Positions 11,555-23,972 of a DNA stretch of 64,000 bases are shown here, piece by piece. This DNA is from Cyanophora paradoxa CCMP329 (taxonomy: Eukaryota; Plantae; Glaucophyta). The stretch is taken from assembly GCA_004431415.1 (NCBI GenBank), contig QPMI01000423.1, forward strand, positions 248,001 to 312,000, given 5' to 3'. Made by a program: the position numbers and the translations under genes. Each line of letters opens with the position of its first letter. Positions within the stretch are counted from its first letter, which is position 1. Under the pieces are notes generated by a model that searched no databases, had not been told where the DNA came from, and saw only the letters and a list, made by a program, of their open reading frames with translations.

Positions 11555-13729
11555 GCACTTTGTCTTGAAGAGGAGGAGCATGGGGCGGGGTACGCTCGCC
11601 AGGATGTCTACGATCTCCGTCACCCACTCCTGAGGGGGCGCTGAGGTGAGGGGGAGAGGGAGGGGGGGGGGGGGGGGGAAGGGGGGGGGGGGGGGGAAGG
11701 CGCGCCTGCCCGACGCGCCGGAGGTGCTCGACCTCCTCCTTCGAGAGCTTGGTACCCAGGCCGACCTGAGCCCGGAACAGAGTCATGTGAGGCGGCCGGA
11801 GGAAGCCGTAGCTTGAGCCTAAGCTTCTTTCCATATGCATCTTTTTCCTATTCGAGAAAACGGGCGGGCGGACCTTGGAGGAGTGGTGGGGGCGGGCGGT
11901 GAGCATCGTCGCGAGGATCTCGAAGCGCGGGGCCCCCAACGCCGCGCTGTACCGCTGCGCCGAAAGTAAGCGGGGGCGGGGGGGGGGTAGCGAAGCGGGG
12001 GAGGGGTACGCGCGCGCCTTGATGCCGGGCATGTCCCGCACGATGAGCGCCTGAAGCGAACCCAACCGATCAGCGAAAGCTCTCTCTATTCTCCTCTTCA
12101 GCCCGTCGCCCCCCGGGTCCCACCTTCCAGAGGCGGGCGTAGTCGAGCCGGAAGCTGTCCTCGAGCTCCCTGTAGAGCCCGTGGTCCAGAAGGACAAGCT
12201 GCGCCTCGGCGCGGCGCCACGGCCACTGCAGGAGGGAGCCGGGGAGGGAGAGGAGGCGCCGGAGGGGCGACAGGAGGAGCGAGGAGAGGAGCGAGGGGCC
12301 CGAGGGGGGTACGGAGGAGGGTCCCCACTGCCGCGCGTGGGCCTCGGCGACGGCCAGCGGCCGCACCATGATGTTGCCTGGACGGGGGGGGGTATAGTGA
12401 GGGAACGGGGGGTAGGGGCTATGGGAGGGGGGTACCGGGATGGGGGTCGGAGTGGACGAATCCGTGGAGGAAGATCTGCTCGCTGAAGACCTCCCCCAGC
12501 TTCGTCGCCACCTGTACCCCCCGGCGGGTCGGCGCCGCCCCCCGGTACCCCCCCCCCCCCGGACCCGGGGGGGCGGACCGCGGAGGGGTCGACGCGCATC
12601 ATCTGAAGGCCCTCCAGGTCGTTCACCTGAGCGGGGGTAATCAAATCGGTTCAGGTGAGCGCGGCCCTCCCTGCTTCCAGCCTCGGGCTCAGGCGGGGCG
12701 CGCCTTGCAGCCGTGGATGAACTCCATCGTGAGCACGCGGTGCGTCGTCAGCTCCTGCGCAAGCGAGGCTAGAACCTCGGAAAGAAGGGGCGCTGGGGGG
12801 GGGGTAGAGAATAAAACGGACCCAGTGGACGCGGGGTACGTGGACGTCGCGGCGGTGGGCGAAGTTGCGGGCGAGGCGCTCCGAGTTGCGCCCCTCGCTC
12901 TTGAAGTCGAGTTCCGCCGGGAGGTTGCTCTACGTGGGCGGGCGGGCGGGGGGGCGGGGGGGCGGGCGGCGTTAGCCGGACCAGAGCTTGCGTCGAGGCG
13001 GGTGGGCTAGGCTGAGCAGAGGAAGGATACTGGCTAGAAGAGCTCCCTGAGGAGAGCGGAAGGAGGGAGGGAGGGAAGGCAGGAGGAGGCACGGGCGTGT
13101 GGGGTGGGGCGAAGCGGGGCGGGCGGGCGGTCCTAAGCGAGCGGCCCGATCTCTGATCTCGCGCGGGCGAGTCTGCTCGAGAGTGCGCGCTGGGCCCGAA
13201 CTTGAACTCGTCGAGGAGCCACTCGAGTCTGAACTAGAGCGGGGCTAGCTAGAGCTTCTAGGGCGGGGGTCGGGGCGCTGGCCCGACCTTTAACTCGTCG
13301 AGGAGCCACTCGAGTCTGAACTTGAGCGGGGCTAGCTAGAGCTTCTAGGGCGGGGGTCGGGGCGCTGGCCCGACCTTGAACTCGTCGAGGAGCCACTCGA
13401 GTCTGAACTTGAGCGGGGCTAGCTAGAGCTTCTAGTTAGAGCTTCTAGGGCGGGGGTCGGGGCGCTGGCCCGATCTTGAACTCGTCGAGGAGCCTAGAAG
13501 GAGGCGGGGGCGGGGATGGTGGGGCGAGACGGGCGGGGCGGGGCGTGCGCCGCGCGGGGCGTGCCGCACGAAGAGGGCGGAGCGAGTGCTAGTCCTAGCT
13601 TCTAGGGCGGGGGGCGGGGAGCGGGGCGGACCTTGAACTCGTCGACGAGCCACTCGAGGTCGAACTCGGGGAAGAGCGCCGTCACCAGCCGCGTGATCAC
13701 CTGGCCCCGGCCCCCTCAGATGAGCGCCA

Positions 13730-13771
<42 letters not shown>

Positions 13772-15919
13772 GGCCCGGGCGGGACGATCTAGAGGGGTTT
13801 ACTAGAGGGATGGAGGTCTTGGAAGAGGGGGGAAGAGGGGGGGGGAACGCACGGTGATGGTGAGGATGTCGCCGTGGCACTTCTCCCGCAGGCCCCGGTA
13901 CTGCACCTGCGCATCATGCCGGCCCCGGCCCCGGCGGTCAAGCGGCGCGGCATCGTCTACGATCTCAGGCTTGAGGCATTAAGGCCCGAGGCATGAAGGA
14001 CGCGAGACGATCTTAGGCTAAAGGCATTAAGGGTTGAGGACGCGTTCGACGCATGCCGGCTTGAGAGGGCTTAGGACTCTTAGGACGTTCAGAGGGCTTT
14101 GGACGTGGAGGACTTGAGGCCTCTCATCGTGCGCGAGCCTCTCAGGGCGGGGCGAGGGAACGGACCTTGACGGCGCACTCGCGGCCGTCGCGCAGGCGGG
14201 CGCGGTGCACCTGCGCCAGCGACGCGCTCGCCAGCGGGTGCCTATCCCCCCCGGCCCCGCCCGTCAGCCCGGCCAGCGGCTTAGGCTTTGGCTCAGATCA
14301 GATCAGATCTGAGCGCGCCTGTCGAACTCGGCGAAGACCTCGTCGGGTGGTGCGCCCAGGTCCTGCGGAGGGGGCGGGCGGGGCGGGGCGGGGCGGGGCG
14401 GGGCGGGGCGGGGCGGGCGGGGCGGGGCGGGGCGGTCAGCTCGCGGGGATCGACGGGCGGGCGGGATCGAAGTCTGTAGTCTGTGAAGCGGCGGCTCTAG
14501 CTTAGCTCGGCGTCGGCTCTATCTTGAACGAGCGCCGGCTCTATCTTGAAGAAGGGGGTAGGGGGGGGAGGGGCGGGGGGGGGTACGGACCTCGAGGACG
14601 ACGCGCTCGACGTCGTCGTAGGGGCGGAAGGGCGCCTGGTCCTGCAGCACCCGCATCGTCCCCGTGTACTCCGACGGCAGCACGTGGTCCATCGCTGGTC
14701 GCAATCGGGTCGGTCGGGTCGGTTAGATAGCTTGTTGTTAGCTTGTTGGCTAAGGTTAGCGTGCTATCATTAGCTTGTTAGCTACGGTTAGCCTGTTATG
14801 ATGAGCGTGTTAGCTAAGCGGGGCGGGCGCCCGCGACGCGCTAGCTAGCTCGGCGAGCGTCCTTCCTATTGTTGCGGACAGTTAAGCCAAGCTTCGGATC
14901 GCTAAGGTGCGCTCAGCGGCTTCGCTGGCTAATCGAAGCGGCGCGGGCACCGGCGATGTGCTGGCCGGCCTTGATGTAGATGCCCCCGTTCTTGCGGAAG
15001 AGCGCCAGCATCCGCTCCGCTGAGCGTTTGTGCACCTAAGGAAGGGAAGAAGAAGAAGTAAGCAAGCAAGAAGGGAGATCTAGATCTAGACGGGGCAGGC
15101 GCGGAGGCCTAGCTAAGCTACGGGAGCTTCGAATTCGGGACTTCGGGACAGAAGGACGAGCCTTGGAGCGCGCTTCCCTGTAGGCGTCGGTGCGGGCGGC
15201 CTTCTCGGCCTCGGAGAAGGGCCGCATGGAGAGCTTGTAGTCCACGACGACGAGGGCGCCGCAGGCGAGGGAGCGGAGGAAGCGGGTGGAGCCCTCCCAG
15301 GCGTTCACGGCCGGGCCCATGAACCCGGGCGCCGAGTCCGGGTTGCTGAGGCAGTACGCGAAGCCGCCGCCGGCGAGGAGCCCGCCGGCCGCTGCGACGA
15401 GCAGCGCGCGCCGCCGGGGCGACATCCCCGGGCCCGGCACGCTGCGGCCGTGGCTGTGCGAGTTCGACGAGCCGCCGTGGCCGTGCCGCGAGAAGCTGCA
15501 GACGGCGTTCGCTTCAGCGCGCGCGCGGCGGCGCGGCGGCTCCAGCTGGAGCCGAGGCGAGGCGCGAGCGCACCCGCGCAGCCGGAAGGGGAAGAAGGTC
15601 CGCTGCTCGCCGCTGTCTGCCCGCGCCGAAGAGCCGCCGGCGCTGTCCGCCGCCGCTGCGAACGGACCGCGCGCGCGTCAGCACGCGCGACACGCCGCTT
15701 CCCCGCCTTCCGCCCCCGCGCCGGGCTCGCCGAGCGCCGGCGCTACGCAGCTAGATTCGCGCACCTCCGGACGTCGAGAAACCGCGGCCCACGAGCCCCC
15801 GGCGGACCGCGCGCTGCGCTCGGTTAGCTGCGCGCGCGGCGACGGAGTGGCGCGCGCAAAGGGTCGGCGTAATGTCGCACCGCGGCCGACGCGGCCGACG
15901 CCGCCTGCGCGCCCAGCAT
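10767..15919 (-). CDS. ADCK1: ABC1/UbiB-family atypical kinase, ADCK1-like; many exons; start uncertain
   Basis: Spliced exons VHKRSAERMLALFRKNGGIYIKAGQHIA; MDHVLPSEYTGTMRVLQDQAP; EFDRHPLASASLAQVHRA...AVKVQY; FDLEWLVDEFK; LVLLDHGLYREL; VPRPMLLLFKTNDLLR. Confidence 0.92.
13190..13497. repeat. 87-bp intronic minisatellite (~3.5 units) derived from the adjacent ABC1 exon
   Basis: CTTGAACTCGTCGAGGAGCCACTCGAG-type copies at 13201, 13288, 13375 and 13475 (partial) versus the exon sequence CTTGAACTCGTCGACGAGCCACTCGAG at 13632. Confidence 0.9.
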
Positions 15920-16092
15920 CGAGCCACAACGTGAACGACTGTACCCCGGTCCAGATGATTCCCCGGAAGGGGGAATGAACGGCCTCCACCTGAATCGGCC
16001 TCGATGCGCTCCGTCAGCCCGACCTGAGCAGCGCGGCCAAAAGCATGCTCTCGCCGCGCAGTTCCACTTCACCAACAGAGATTGAGGAAGAC

Positions 16093-17890
16093 ATGGCCGC
16101 CGGCGCTGTCGCCAGGCCTGTCTGGGTCCAACACCCTTTCTGGCACCTGCAGCACCCGAAGCCCTCGTCGGCAGCTTCGCCCGATCGTTCAGCCGTCAAC
16201 ACTGTGCCAACAGCGTCGGATGTGAACCCCGCCGCGGCCGTTCAGCCCACAACCGCGAAGGCGCCCGCAGCCGCGGCATGGTCGGCAGCGGCGGCGGGCA
16301 GCGCGCAGCCCTCTCGCTCTGGCGAGGTGGTGCTGGACCCAAAGCTTCCGACTCCGCACATCTTCATCGGCCCTGGCGAAGTCGGCACGCTCAGCGCCCT
16401 CCTCAAGGACCAGGTGAGCGCTCTCATGAGGCGTAGTCGCCGCGAGGGACGAGAACGCGTCTCTAAGCCGTTTCTGCGCAGGATTTCTCAGGCACGCTCA
16501 TCCTCCGCCCCGGGACCTACCGCGAGCGGGGCCCCCTTGTGATCGAGGCCCGCCCCGGTCGAAAGGTCGCCATGATCGGCTATGGGTCCGTCCGCTCCCG
16601 CCCCGCCCCGCCCCGCCCACGCGCGCACGCGGCTGACTCGGAATGCAGGAGCGGAGTGCAGATCGTGAACGCGGCGGACTGCCCCGCGTCGGGCGCGCCG
16701 GCGCTCATCGTCTCGGGCGCGGCGGGGCGCGTCCTCGTCGACAACCTCGTGCTCTCGCCCGGCGTCCGCGTCTCTGCGGACACGAGCGACGTCTGCCTGC
16801 GCCGCGTATCCATCGACGGCCGCGGCGCCGGCCCCGGCGTCGTGGCCGCGCCCGCCGGCGCCGGCAGCCGCCTCTGGGTCGAGCGCTGCCTCGTCGCCAA
16901 CTGCGGCCCGGCGCGCGCCGCCATAGACTTGGCCTTCGGCGGCGCCTCCTCGTACAGCGTCACCGACTGCCGCCTCTCCGCCTGCGGCGCCGGCGTCCGC
17001 GTCACCCGCGGCGACGCCCGCGTCGCACGGACGCTCGTCGAGGGCGTCTCGGGGGCCGGGGCCGGCGTGTCCGCCGCCGCCCCGGGGCGCGCCGTCCTCG
17101 CCGCCTGCGTCTTCCGCGCCTGCCCCGTCCCCTTCGCCGGGTCCTGCAAGCATTCAAGCGACTCCGTTGTGCGCCGCCGCTCTTGGCGTACCCCTCTCCG
17201 GGCCGTCCTCCGTCCGCGTCTGAAGCCCTCCGCGCAGATGCTGCCCCTCCCCGACACGCCCGTACCGACCGTCGACGGCGCCGCGCCGGCCTGCGCCTCC
17301 CCGGGCGCCGAACGCTGCGTCTACGCCCCGCAGGCGGCGCCAGCGCCCTCCCGCGCCGCGCCGGCGGCCTCCGCCGCCGCCGGCCGGCGTCCCCGTCCCC
17401 GTCCCCTTCGCCCTCGCCCTCGCCACCGCCCCGCATCTGCTTCGAGGTCGGGACGGCCCCCGAGGCGGGCGAGGAGGCCCCGACGCCGTGGGCCCTCTTC
17501 CTGCGGCGGCGGCCGCGCCCGCCGCCGGCCTTCCACCCGCCCGAGAAGTCCGAGGCGTCGCTCCTGGCGGCGCAGGCGGCCGCCGTCGCTGCCTTCCACG
17601 AGGCGTACTTCGCCCCGGCCTTGGACGAGGAGGAATCGGAGTCGGATCCAGAGGCCGCAGAGGCCGCACTCGCTTCCATGCAAGGCCCCGCGCCCTCCAG
17701 CGGGCTCCCTCTGGCTTCGGCTTCGGCGCCCGCGGCCCAGGCCCAGGCCGAGGCCGAGCTCTCGCTCAGCGCCGCCGCCCCCGTGCCGCCGCACTGCGCG
17801 CTGCAGCTGGCGCCCCCGTCCCCGTCCCCGGCCGCGCTCAGGTCCGGCGCCGGCACGCTCCTCTGCAACGTCTTCTCGCCCCTGAGGTGA
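16093..17890 (+). CDS. Right-handed parallel beta-helix (pectin-lyase-like fold) protein; multi-exon
   Basis: Beta-helix-type repeats VLVDNLVLSPGVRV, VCLRRVSIDG, LWVERCLVANC, YSVTDCRLSACGAGVRV, AVLAACVFRAC. Confidence 0.6.
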
Positions 17891-18876
17891 CAGGCAGCAA
17901 GTCGGTCGCATAGCCCTCAAGTTACAGCTTACGCCTCTTCTTTCTCCTTTTCGTTTCCAATTGCATGTCATTCGATCCAGCAATGCTAGCGTTAACGTAG
18001 ATGTGCAACTTCTGTAGCGTCCGGCAGCTCAAGTTCTTATTTCTCTTTGTTAACGGAGGCCTTCTTCTCCCTGTGAACATTGCATGTAAATCATGTTAGA
18101 GCAGCGATGCAGCTCTATGTTTCAAGCTTGAGTTCTTCATCAATGCATTGTACAGTATAGCAACTAGCCTCGGAGCCTCGGGCTCATACCTTGTAACTAA
18201 ACCCTAGTGTTATTCCTCATAAGAGTCTGCAGTGGATTGAATTCCTTACACCTACGTATAATACAGTCATGCATAATCTATTATATGTACCTGTAATCGC
18301 GGCCCCTTGAATTCGAATGTCCAAATCAGATCGAATGCAACGAGACAAATCAAATCATGATCAGCCCTATAGCAAATCGTAGAAATCATATAACCATCAC
18401 ACGCGGAGGGGGGCCGGCCCCGCGGCCGGAATTTAAATGGTGTTTGCCACGACGACTCACCTCGCCACTGATCATGAGGCCGCAACCCGGTGCCCCCCGA
18501 GCCCGCGCCTCCCCTCCCCCCCCTCCCCCCCTCCCTCCCCTATCCGATTGCGATCCCCCCGCCCCTTTCCGCCCTCTCCCCCATCCCCATGGGCTGCCCT
18601 CTCCGGCAGATCCCCTCTCCCCCCTCCGATCTCGCCCCTTCCCCCCCTTAGCCTTAGCCTTAGCTGTACGTATATATACGTATACGTACAATGGACGATG
18701 CATATAAGAATATATATCGCCGATATCCGTCTCAATTACGAAGAGGGAAATGACAGCTGCAGCCGCTGAACTTGAAGCCGAGTCTCTGAGACCTATAGCT
18801 ATTAAGCGTTCTATTCAACCTAACTATAGCTATAAAATTCTCATGTATACGTACATACAGCGGACGTCGACAGGGT

Positions 18877-21274
18877 TCAGAAGTGCGAAGGCTGGCCATG
18901 CATATGGGGGTCGCGCTCCAAATTCTTCGGTCGAAGCTTGCTACGCATACTCGCATTGTGATAGGTCACGACGATCTGTATATTGCAAGGAGTGCTAGCA
19001 AATTCAGAGGCCAAGCCATCTCGAACATCCTCTGCGGAAAAGGCGAAGTTGAGAATTAATATTCGAACACGTACGTGCAAAAGATATATAAAATTATAAC
19101 TAATAATTCACGTCATAATTACCTTCGAATTCTTCGGAAGCAATTAAGCTGCAGACTTCAGACCAATATGGTTTGAATTTGGGGTCATTTCGGCTTTTTC
19201 TGAGAGCTTCAACAGCGGCCTTTTTTTGCTGATCGTTCAACTGCAGGGAGCGATACACGAACACATTCGCAAAAAGCAGGCAAAGCAACGCCAAAAGTTC
19301 CGTAAAAACGAGGATAGCAAGATTGGTCGACGCCTCGTAGCTTTTGTTATCTTCTTGGCGATCGAGGGAGTCGGATTCTTTATACCATGACAAGCCGAAA
19401 ACAATGTAGACGCCGACGATGATACAGGCTTGCTGTTCATGCGAAGCACAACAATCATGATCATGATCATCATGAGGAGTGCTCTGCAGCTGCAGCTGCA
19501 GCTGCTAAGCGAAGAGGGCTTACCAGTGCCTTGACAGATAGGCCGCCGGATCCAGGCCCCCACTGGCTGGACAATGCATGCCTCCAGTCCCCGAGCAGGT
19601 GACGGCGGCTTTGCGCGTATCTTCCATCCGAGACACTGCGCCGCGGCGCGAGCGGGGGGGGGGGGGGGGGGGGGGGGGGGACAGCGTCATATGCATGGTC
19701 ATATTTAAGCAATTAGACCAGACAAGAGAAATATTGTGAGAGCTGAGCTCACCGAAACATCAGAGATCGCACGAAGAAAAGCCCAACTGAAATAATGATC
19801 GTCGCAACGCTTTTCCAGAAAGCCTCGGGTGTGACTTGCGTCAGGCTTGCGGTGCTCGTCGCTTTGAAAAGTTCATCGAACGTAGATTGATATATTGAAC
19901 GGGAGAGGTGTTTTCCAAGGTCGGTACCGATGTTGCAGCTGATGTTTTGCTCATGATCATGATCGGGCTTTTGCAAGGGAGTCCAGTCGACAATAGGAAG
20001 TGCGGAGTCCGCGCCTACACATATGCATTGATGTGTCGAGGCGGGAATGGCCGCCGGCGCGTCTTCAGCGAAACGAGAATTACATAAATCAATTGTATCT
20101 CGAAGGCAGATCTAGATCTTACCAGCTGCAGTCGGCTCCTTCGGATAGTTGGTACTGCGGATTTTGTCGTACTTCTCGGGTAGCAGCACCAAGCGCAGCC
20201 CGTAGATCTCCCTGAGGTCCTTTTCTACTTCTTTGCTGATTTCCTCGGAGTCCAGCAGCAGGTCGGCGATCTCCAGCATGTAGTGCTGAGATAGCAGCTT
20301 TTCGGCCTTCGTTTTCATCTGCTGGGTTTCTGATGTTGCGCCGATCTCCATGGAGGGAAATTCGCTTTTGAGGGAACGCTCGCAAACGTAGATTGCGATG
20401 CACAAGGCGAAAAGAACACAATGATCGACAACCTGGTTGAACGAATCGCGATCGTTAAATATAATTTATGCAGTCTGTGAATAATTCTATAGTTCACAGA
20501 AGAGAGGTCTACCGCGAGAAAGAGAAGTTTTTTCGAGGCTTCCGTGAATTCTCCCCCGTTCGTGTCTGAGATGCCCTGAGAACAGAGTGATCATGAGGAA
20601 TGCCCTGATTATGAATGAACTCATAACATTCTCAGAAGCTACCCAGTCGTGCTTGTATGGCCAGCTTGTGTCGGTCATGTCCCATGCCGCGTCCATGAGC
20701 AGATACAAAGCAATTACTAAAATTGCCAGGAAGAGGAGGGGCAAGCCATATTTGCGCTTCCATGTTTTCTTCGTGAGGACGTCAAGGTACGAGCCTCGGT
20801 CGGATGCGCTCTTTGAAATCGCTTTTGCAACGAACTGCTTGCGCTTGACGTCGTCCGACAGCATCGTGTCCATCAGTGTGTTTCGGAGGCCAAGGTACGT
20901 GACGGCGATAAGAACGTAAGCGATGCTTGGTCCGAGCGCTGCGCGTGTACGTCCGTTTTTAGACGATATACATCATGTCATGTACACGCCCATATATATA
21001 TATATATATATGAACCTGAAGCGCTGATGAGCGTCAAGGTGGCAAAGCAGCTGCTCTTGAGTATGTCGTCGAAGAGTTCAACGCAGAAGCGCGCTCTCAG
21101 ATAGCGGTTGATGTCGAATCGCAGAGTGCCAACTTCGGTTGGCTTCGACTGCGGATTCGCGGAAGCTGCGGCGCCGGCGCTGCCCTTCGCCGCGGAAGCT
21201 GCGCATGCGGCGCCGGCGGTGCCCTTCGAAATCGCCTCTAGAACTGCGAACCAATAATCGTCATGATCAGGCAT
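18877..21274 (-). CDS. Orphan multi-pass (~7 TM) membrane protein, ~8 exons
   Basis: GT-AG splicing gives one open frame from MPDHDDYW to ...QPSHF*; hydrophobic segments include IAYVLIAVTYLGL, LPLLFLAILVIALYLL, LLFLAVVDHCVLFALCIAIYV, VATIIISVGLFFV, CIIVGVYIVFGLSW, LAILVFTELLALLCLLFANVFVY. Confidence 0.7.
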
Positions 21275-21951
21275 GCGCGCACACGAACTCTGAAAACTAG
21301 TACTCAGCGAGAATTAAAGCCGAGCAGAACGCTGCGCACTGGTATGCGTACTTTCGGATTGCGTAGGGCGATCTCGAAGGTCTATGTCGATGTCCTTCGA
21401 ATTCCTGGGGTCCTCATGCGCGGTGCCCATGGCCAGCCCCGGCTTCAGAATCACAACTTTGGTCTCTTGGAGTTGACTGCAGCTGGCCATGTCTTGGATC
21501 GGTGGGAAATCGGTTGATGTTCGCGATCGCTGATTGCCAGGCTTGATGCTCGGAAGAGACGTCTACTCTCAGAATCTGATCGTGAGAACGCGCCGCGGCG
21601 CTTTAGTAATTTTGTGCAGATCAAGCTTTGTGCAGTGCCTGATCGTAGGAAGTTCGGAAGTACTGGTACTGGCCCAGTGGCCATGGCCATGGGTAGGCCC
21701 GATCGCATACAGTGCAGGCTGAGGGCTTGGCGCTCTACCTCTGCTGGCTCAGGACTCTCAGGCTGGCCATCATATGCATGGCATGCCAATGATGCCATGC
21801 ATTTGATGCCATGACTCAGTGATGGGCCAGCCCCGGCCAGGGCAGCGGCCGCGGCAGGGCTGGCCAAGGCTGGCAGCTAAGCCGCAGCTTATAATTACGT
21901 GCCAGTGTGCCACGGACCCACGTTGCCGTTGACTCTATTCTATGATATATG

Positions 21952-22150
21952 CCGTGTAACACTTAATGCGTTTTTGGATCCGGACCCCTAGTATGCAGAT
22001 TAATGCGGCACCACTGGGCCAAATTAATGCGTTTTGAAGCCTTCTGGCTGCGTGAGGGGGGTACATACCGCAGTTTTCTTAGCGCCTCGCTATTAATGCG
22101 GTCCCAAATTAATGCGTTTCAAGTTTTGCCGCAGGAAAACGCATTAATTA
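21952..22150. mobile_element. MITE-like module, diverged relative of 3472-3667
   Basis: Inverted repeat TTAATGCGTTTT (21963) / AAAACGCATTAA (22136); five direct TTAATGCG copies; shared core GAGGGG(GG)TACA(C/T)ACCG. Confidence 0.55.
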
Positions 22151-22154
22151 ATTG

Positions 22155-22560
22155 AAGTCCCGACTCCCGAGTCCCGACTCCCGAATCCGGGACTCCGGAT
22201 CCGATCACTGATGATCACGATCCCGATCATGCCGCTTCATGCGATCGCAAGATTCGCGATCGCGACTCGGCGAGTCACATATGCATAGACTCAAACTGAG
22301 TCTGCCAGGCTTGAGTCCCGGAGTCCCATGATTGCCCCGGAGTCCTGACTCCTGAGTCCTGACTCCTGATCATGACCGTCGGACTCCCGATCGCGAGTCC
22401 CGACGTCGACTCCCGAGTCCCGACTTTCTCACTGAGTCAGACTCCCGACTCGGCGACTCCCGAGTCTCGACTCCGGCCGAGTCCCGACTCAGTCGGACAA
22501 TCACTGAGTCAGATCGGATGAGAGATCATGAGACTAGTACTAGATCTCGCCGTCATCTCG
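22155..22560. repeat. Low-complexity GAGTC/GACTC word mosaic
   Basis: Many interleaved GAGTCCCGACTC-type words on both strands. Confidence 0.85.
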
Positions 22561-23972
22561 GACTGTCATGCACAGTGTCCGACAGTCCGGCGAATTTGCG
22601 ACCGTCCGTCCGGATACGCGGCCGCCGGCCGCCGGCCCAGGCCGGCCGACGCTACTAGTACTAGTAGCACTTAGTCGGATCCAGTCTTCGGAATCCTGAC
22701 GGTGTGACGTCGGTGTCACGGGCCTCACGGCGTCATCCTGATCATGAAGATACGTCCGATTCTCGAACTCGTAAGCCCGGCGAACTCGCCGTGCGTCATG
22801 ATCACCATGCAGAAATTAAGCTATTACTGCCAAAATTGTGCCGATTAATATTACGTATACTGCCAATTTACGAAGTTACGTATACTCGTACTGGGGACTC
22901 AGTGGGGAGTACTGGGGACTGGGGAGTACCAGTATTAGTACTGGCAAATTGTGGCAATTAGGCATTTGAACCCAGAGGCTAAATTGAACCGCATTTCTTG
23001 CATATATGCATGCGCATGAATTTCGAAAGGCCCGGCCTGTCTTGCCGGTGAGTTGCCGGCAACTTGCCGCCTAGCTATAGATTTTGCATTCAACATGAAG
23101 TTTTCTTTCATCGATATCAGAGTCTCAGAGATTCGAAAAAACTTCGGATACGATCGCCGGCGACCGCGCGCCGAGTCGCCGCCGACCGCTCGTTTCGAAT
23201 TCGCGATCATCGGATCGCGATCGCGATTGAGTCTCATAATTGAGATTCGAGAAACCATTTGAAATCTTCGTCCGTCACGGAGTCTCCGTCACGGCGTCAC
23301 GCATGATCATTAATAATCGGATTCATCGCGCGATCGCGTCCGCATGATTGCCATTGATTGGACTGTCTAGATCTGATTCGGGGCCGGCCGGACCGGGCCG
23401 GTAGTACCGGTACCGTTACTACCGTAGAATACTGTAGGCTGTATAGCTGCAGCCTGCAGCCGCTGCAGACAGCCTGCAGACTGCAGTGCAGGCTGTGCAC
23501 GTGCATATGCAGGCTGATGCAGGCTCATGCAGCTGCCACACTGTGACAGGCTGATCATTATGGCATGAGCCTCGGACTCCGGGAGCTGCGCCCGCGGCGG
23601 CCCCGCGCCTGGCCGCGGCGGGAGCGCCAGCCTGGCAGCGACTCGGCGAGCGACCGTCGGACTCGGCGAGCGGCCGCCGGGCGCCGGGCGAGCGCACACG
23701 GTACTGAGTACTAAGTAGTAAGTACTACGGTACTACGGTAGCGCGGCGGCCCTCTAGATCCGGTCCCCGAGGCCGATTAGTATCGCACTGCGGCAATTGC
23801 CAAGTTGGCCCAGGGGAAGTTGGCAAGCGCCTTAACGAGCGAGCGCAGCGCGCGCGGCGGCCGTCTAGATCTAGCTAGGGCGCCTCGAGCTCGCGATCGC
23901 CGAGTCGAACTTGCGCCCCTCAGGGCTCCGGATCCGGCCTGGTCAAGCTGTCAGGGCGCTCAGCGGCTCGCG

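Noticed and set aside
11511-12644. 377-aa ORF as a standalone gene
   Set aside because: Read-through of ABC1 exons and introns in mixed frames
20487-20873. Apparent frameshift suggesting the 7-TM gene is a pseudogene
   Set aside because: Resolved by a canonical 67-nt GT-AG intron
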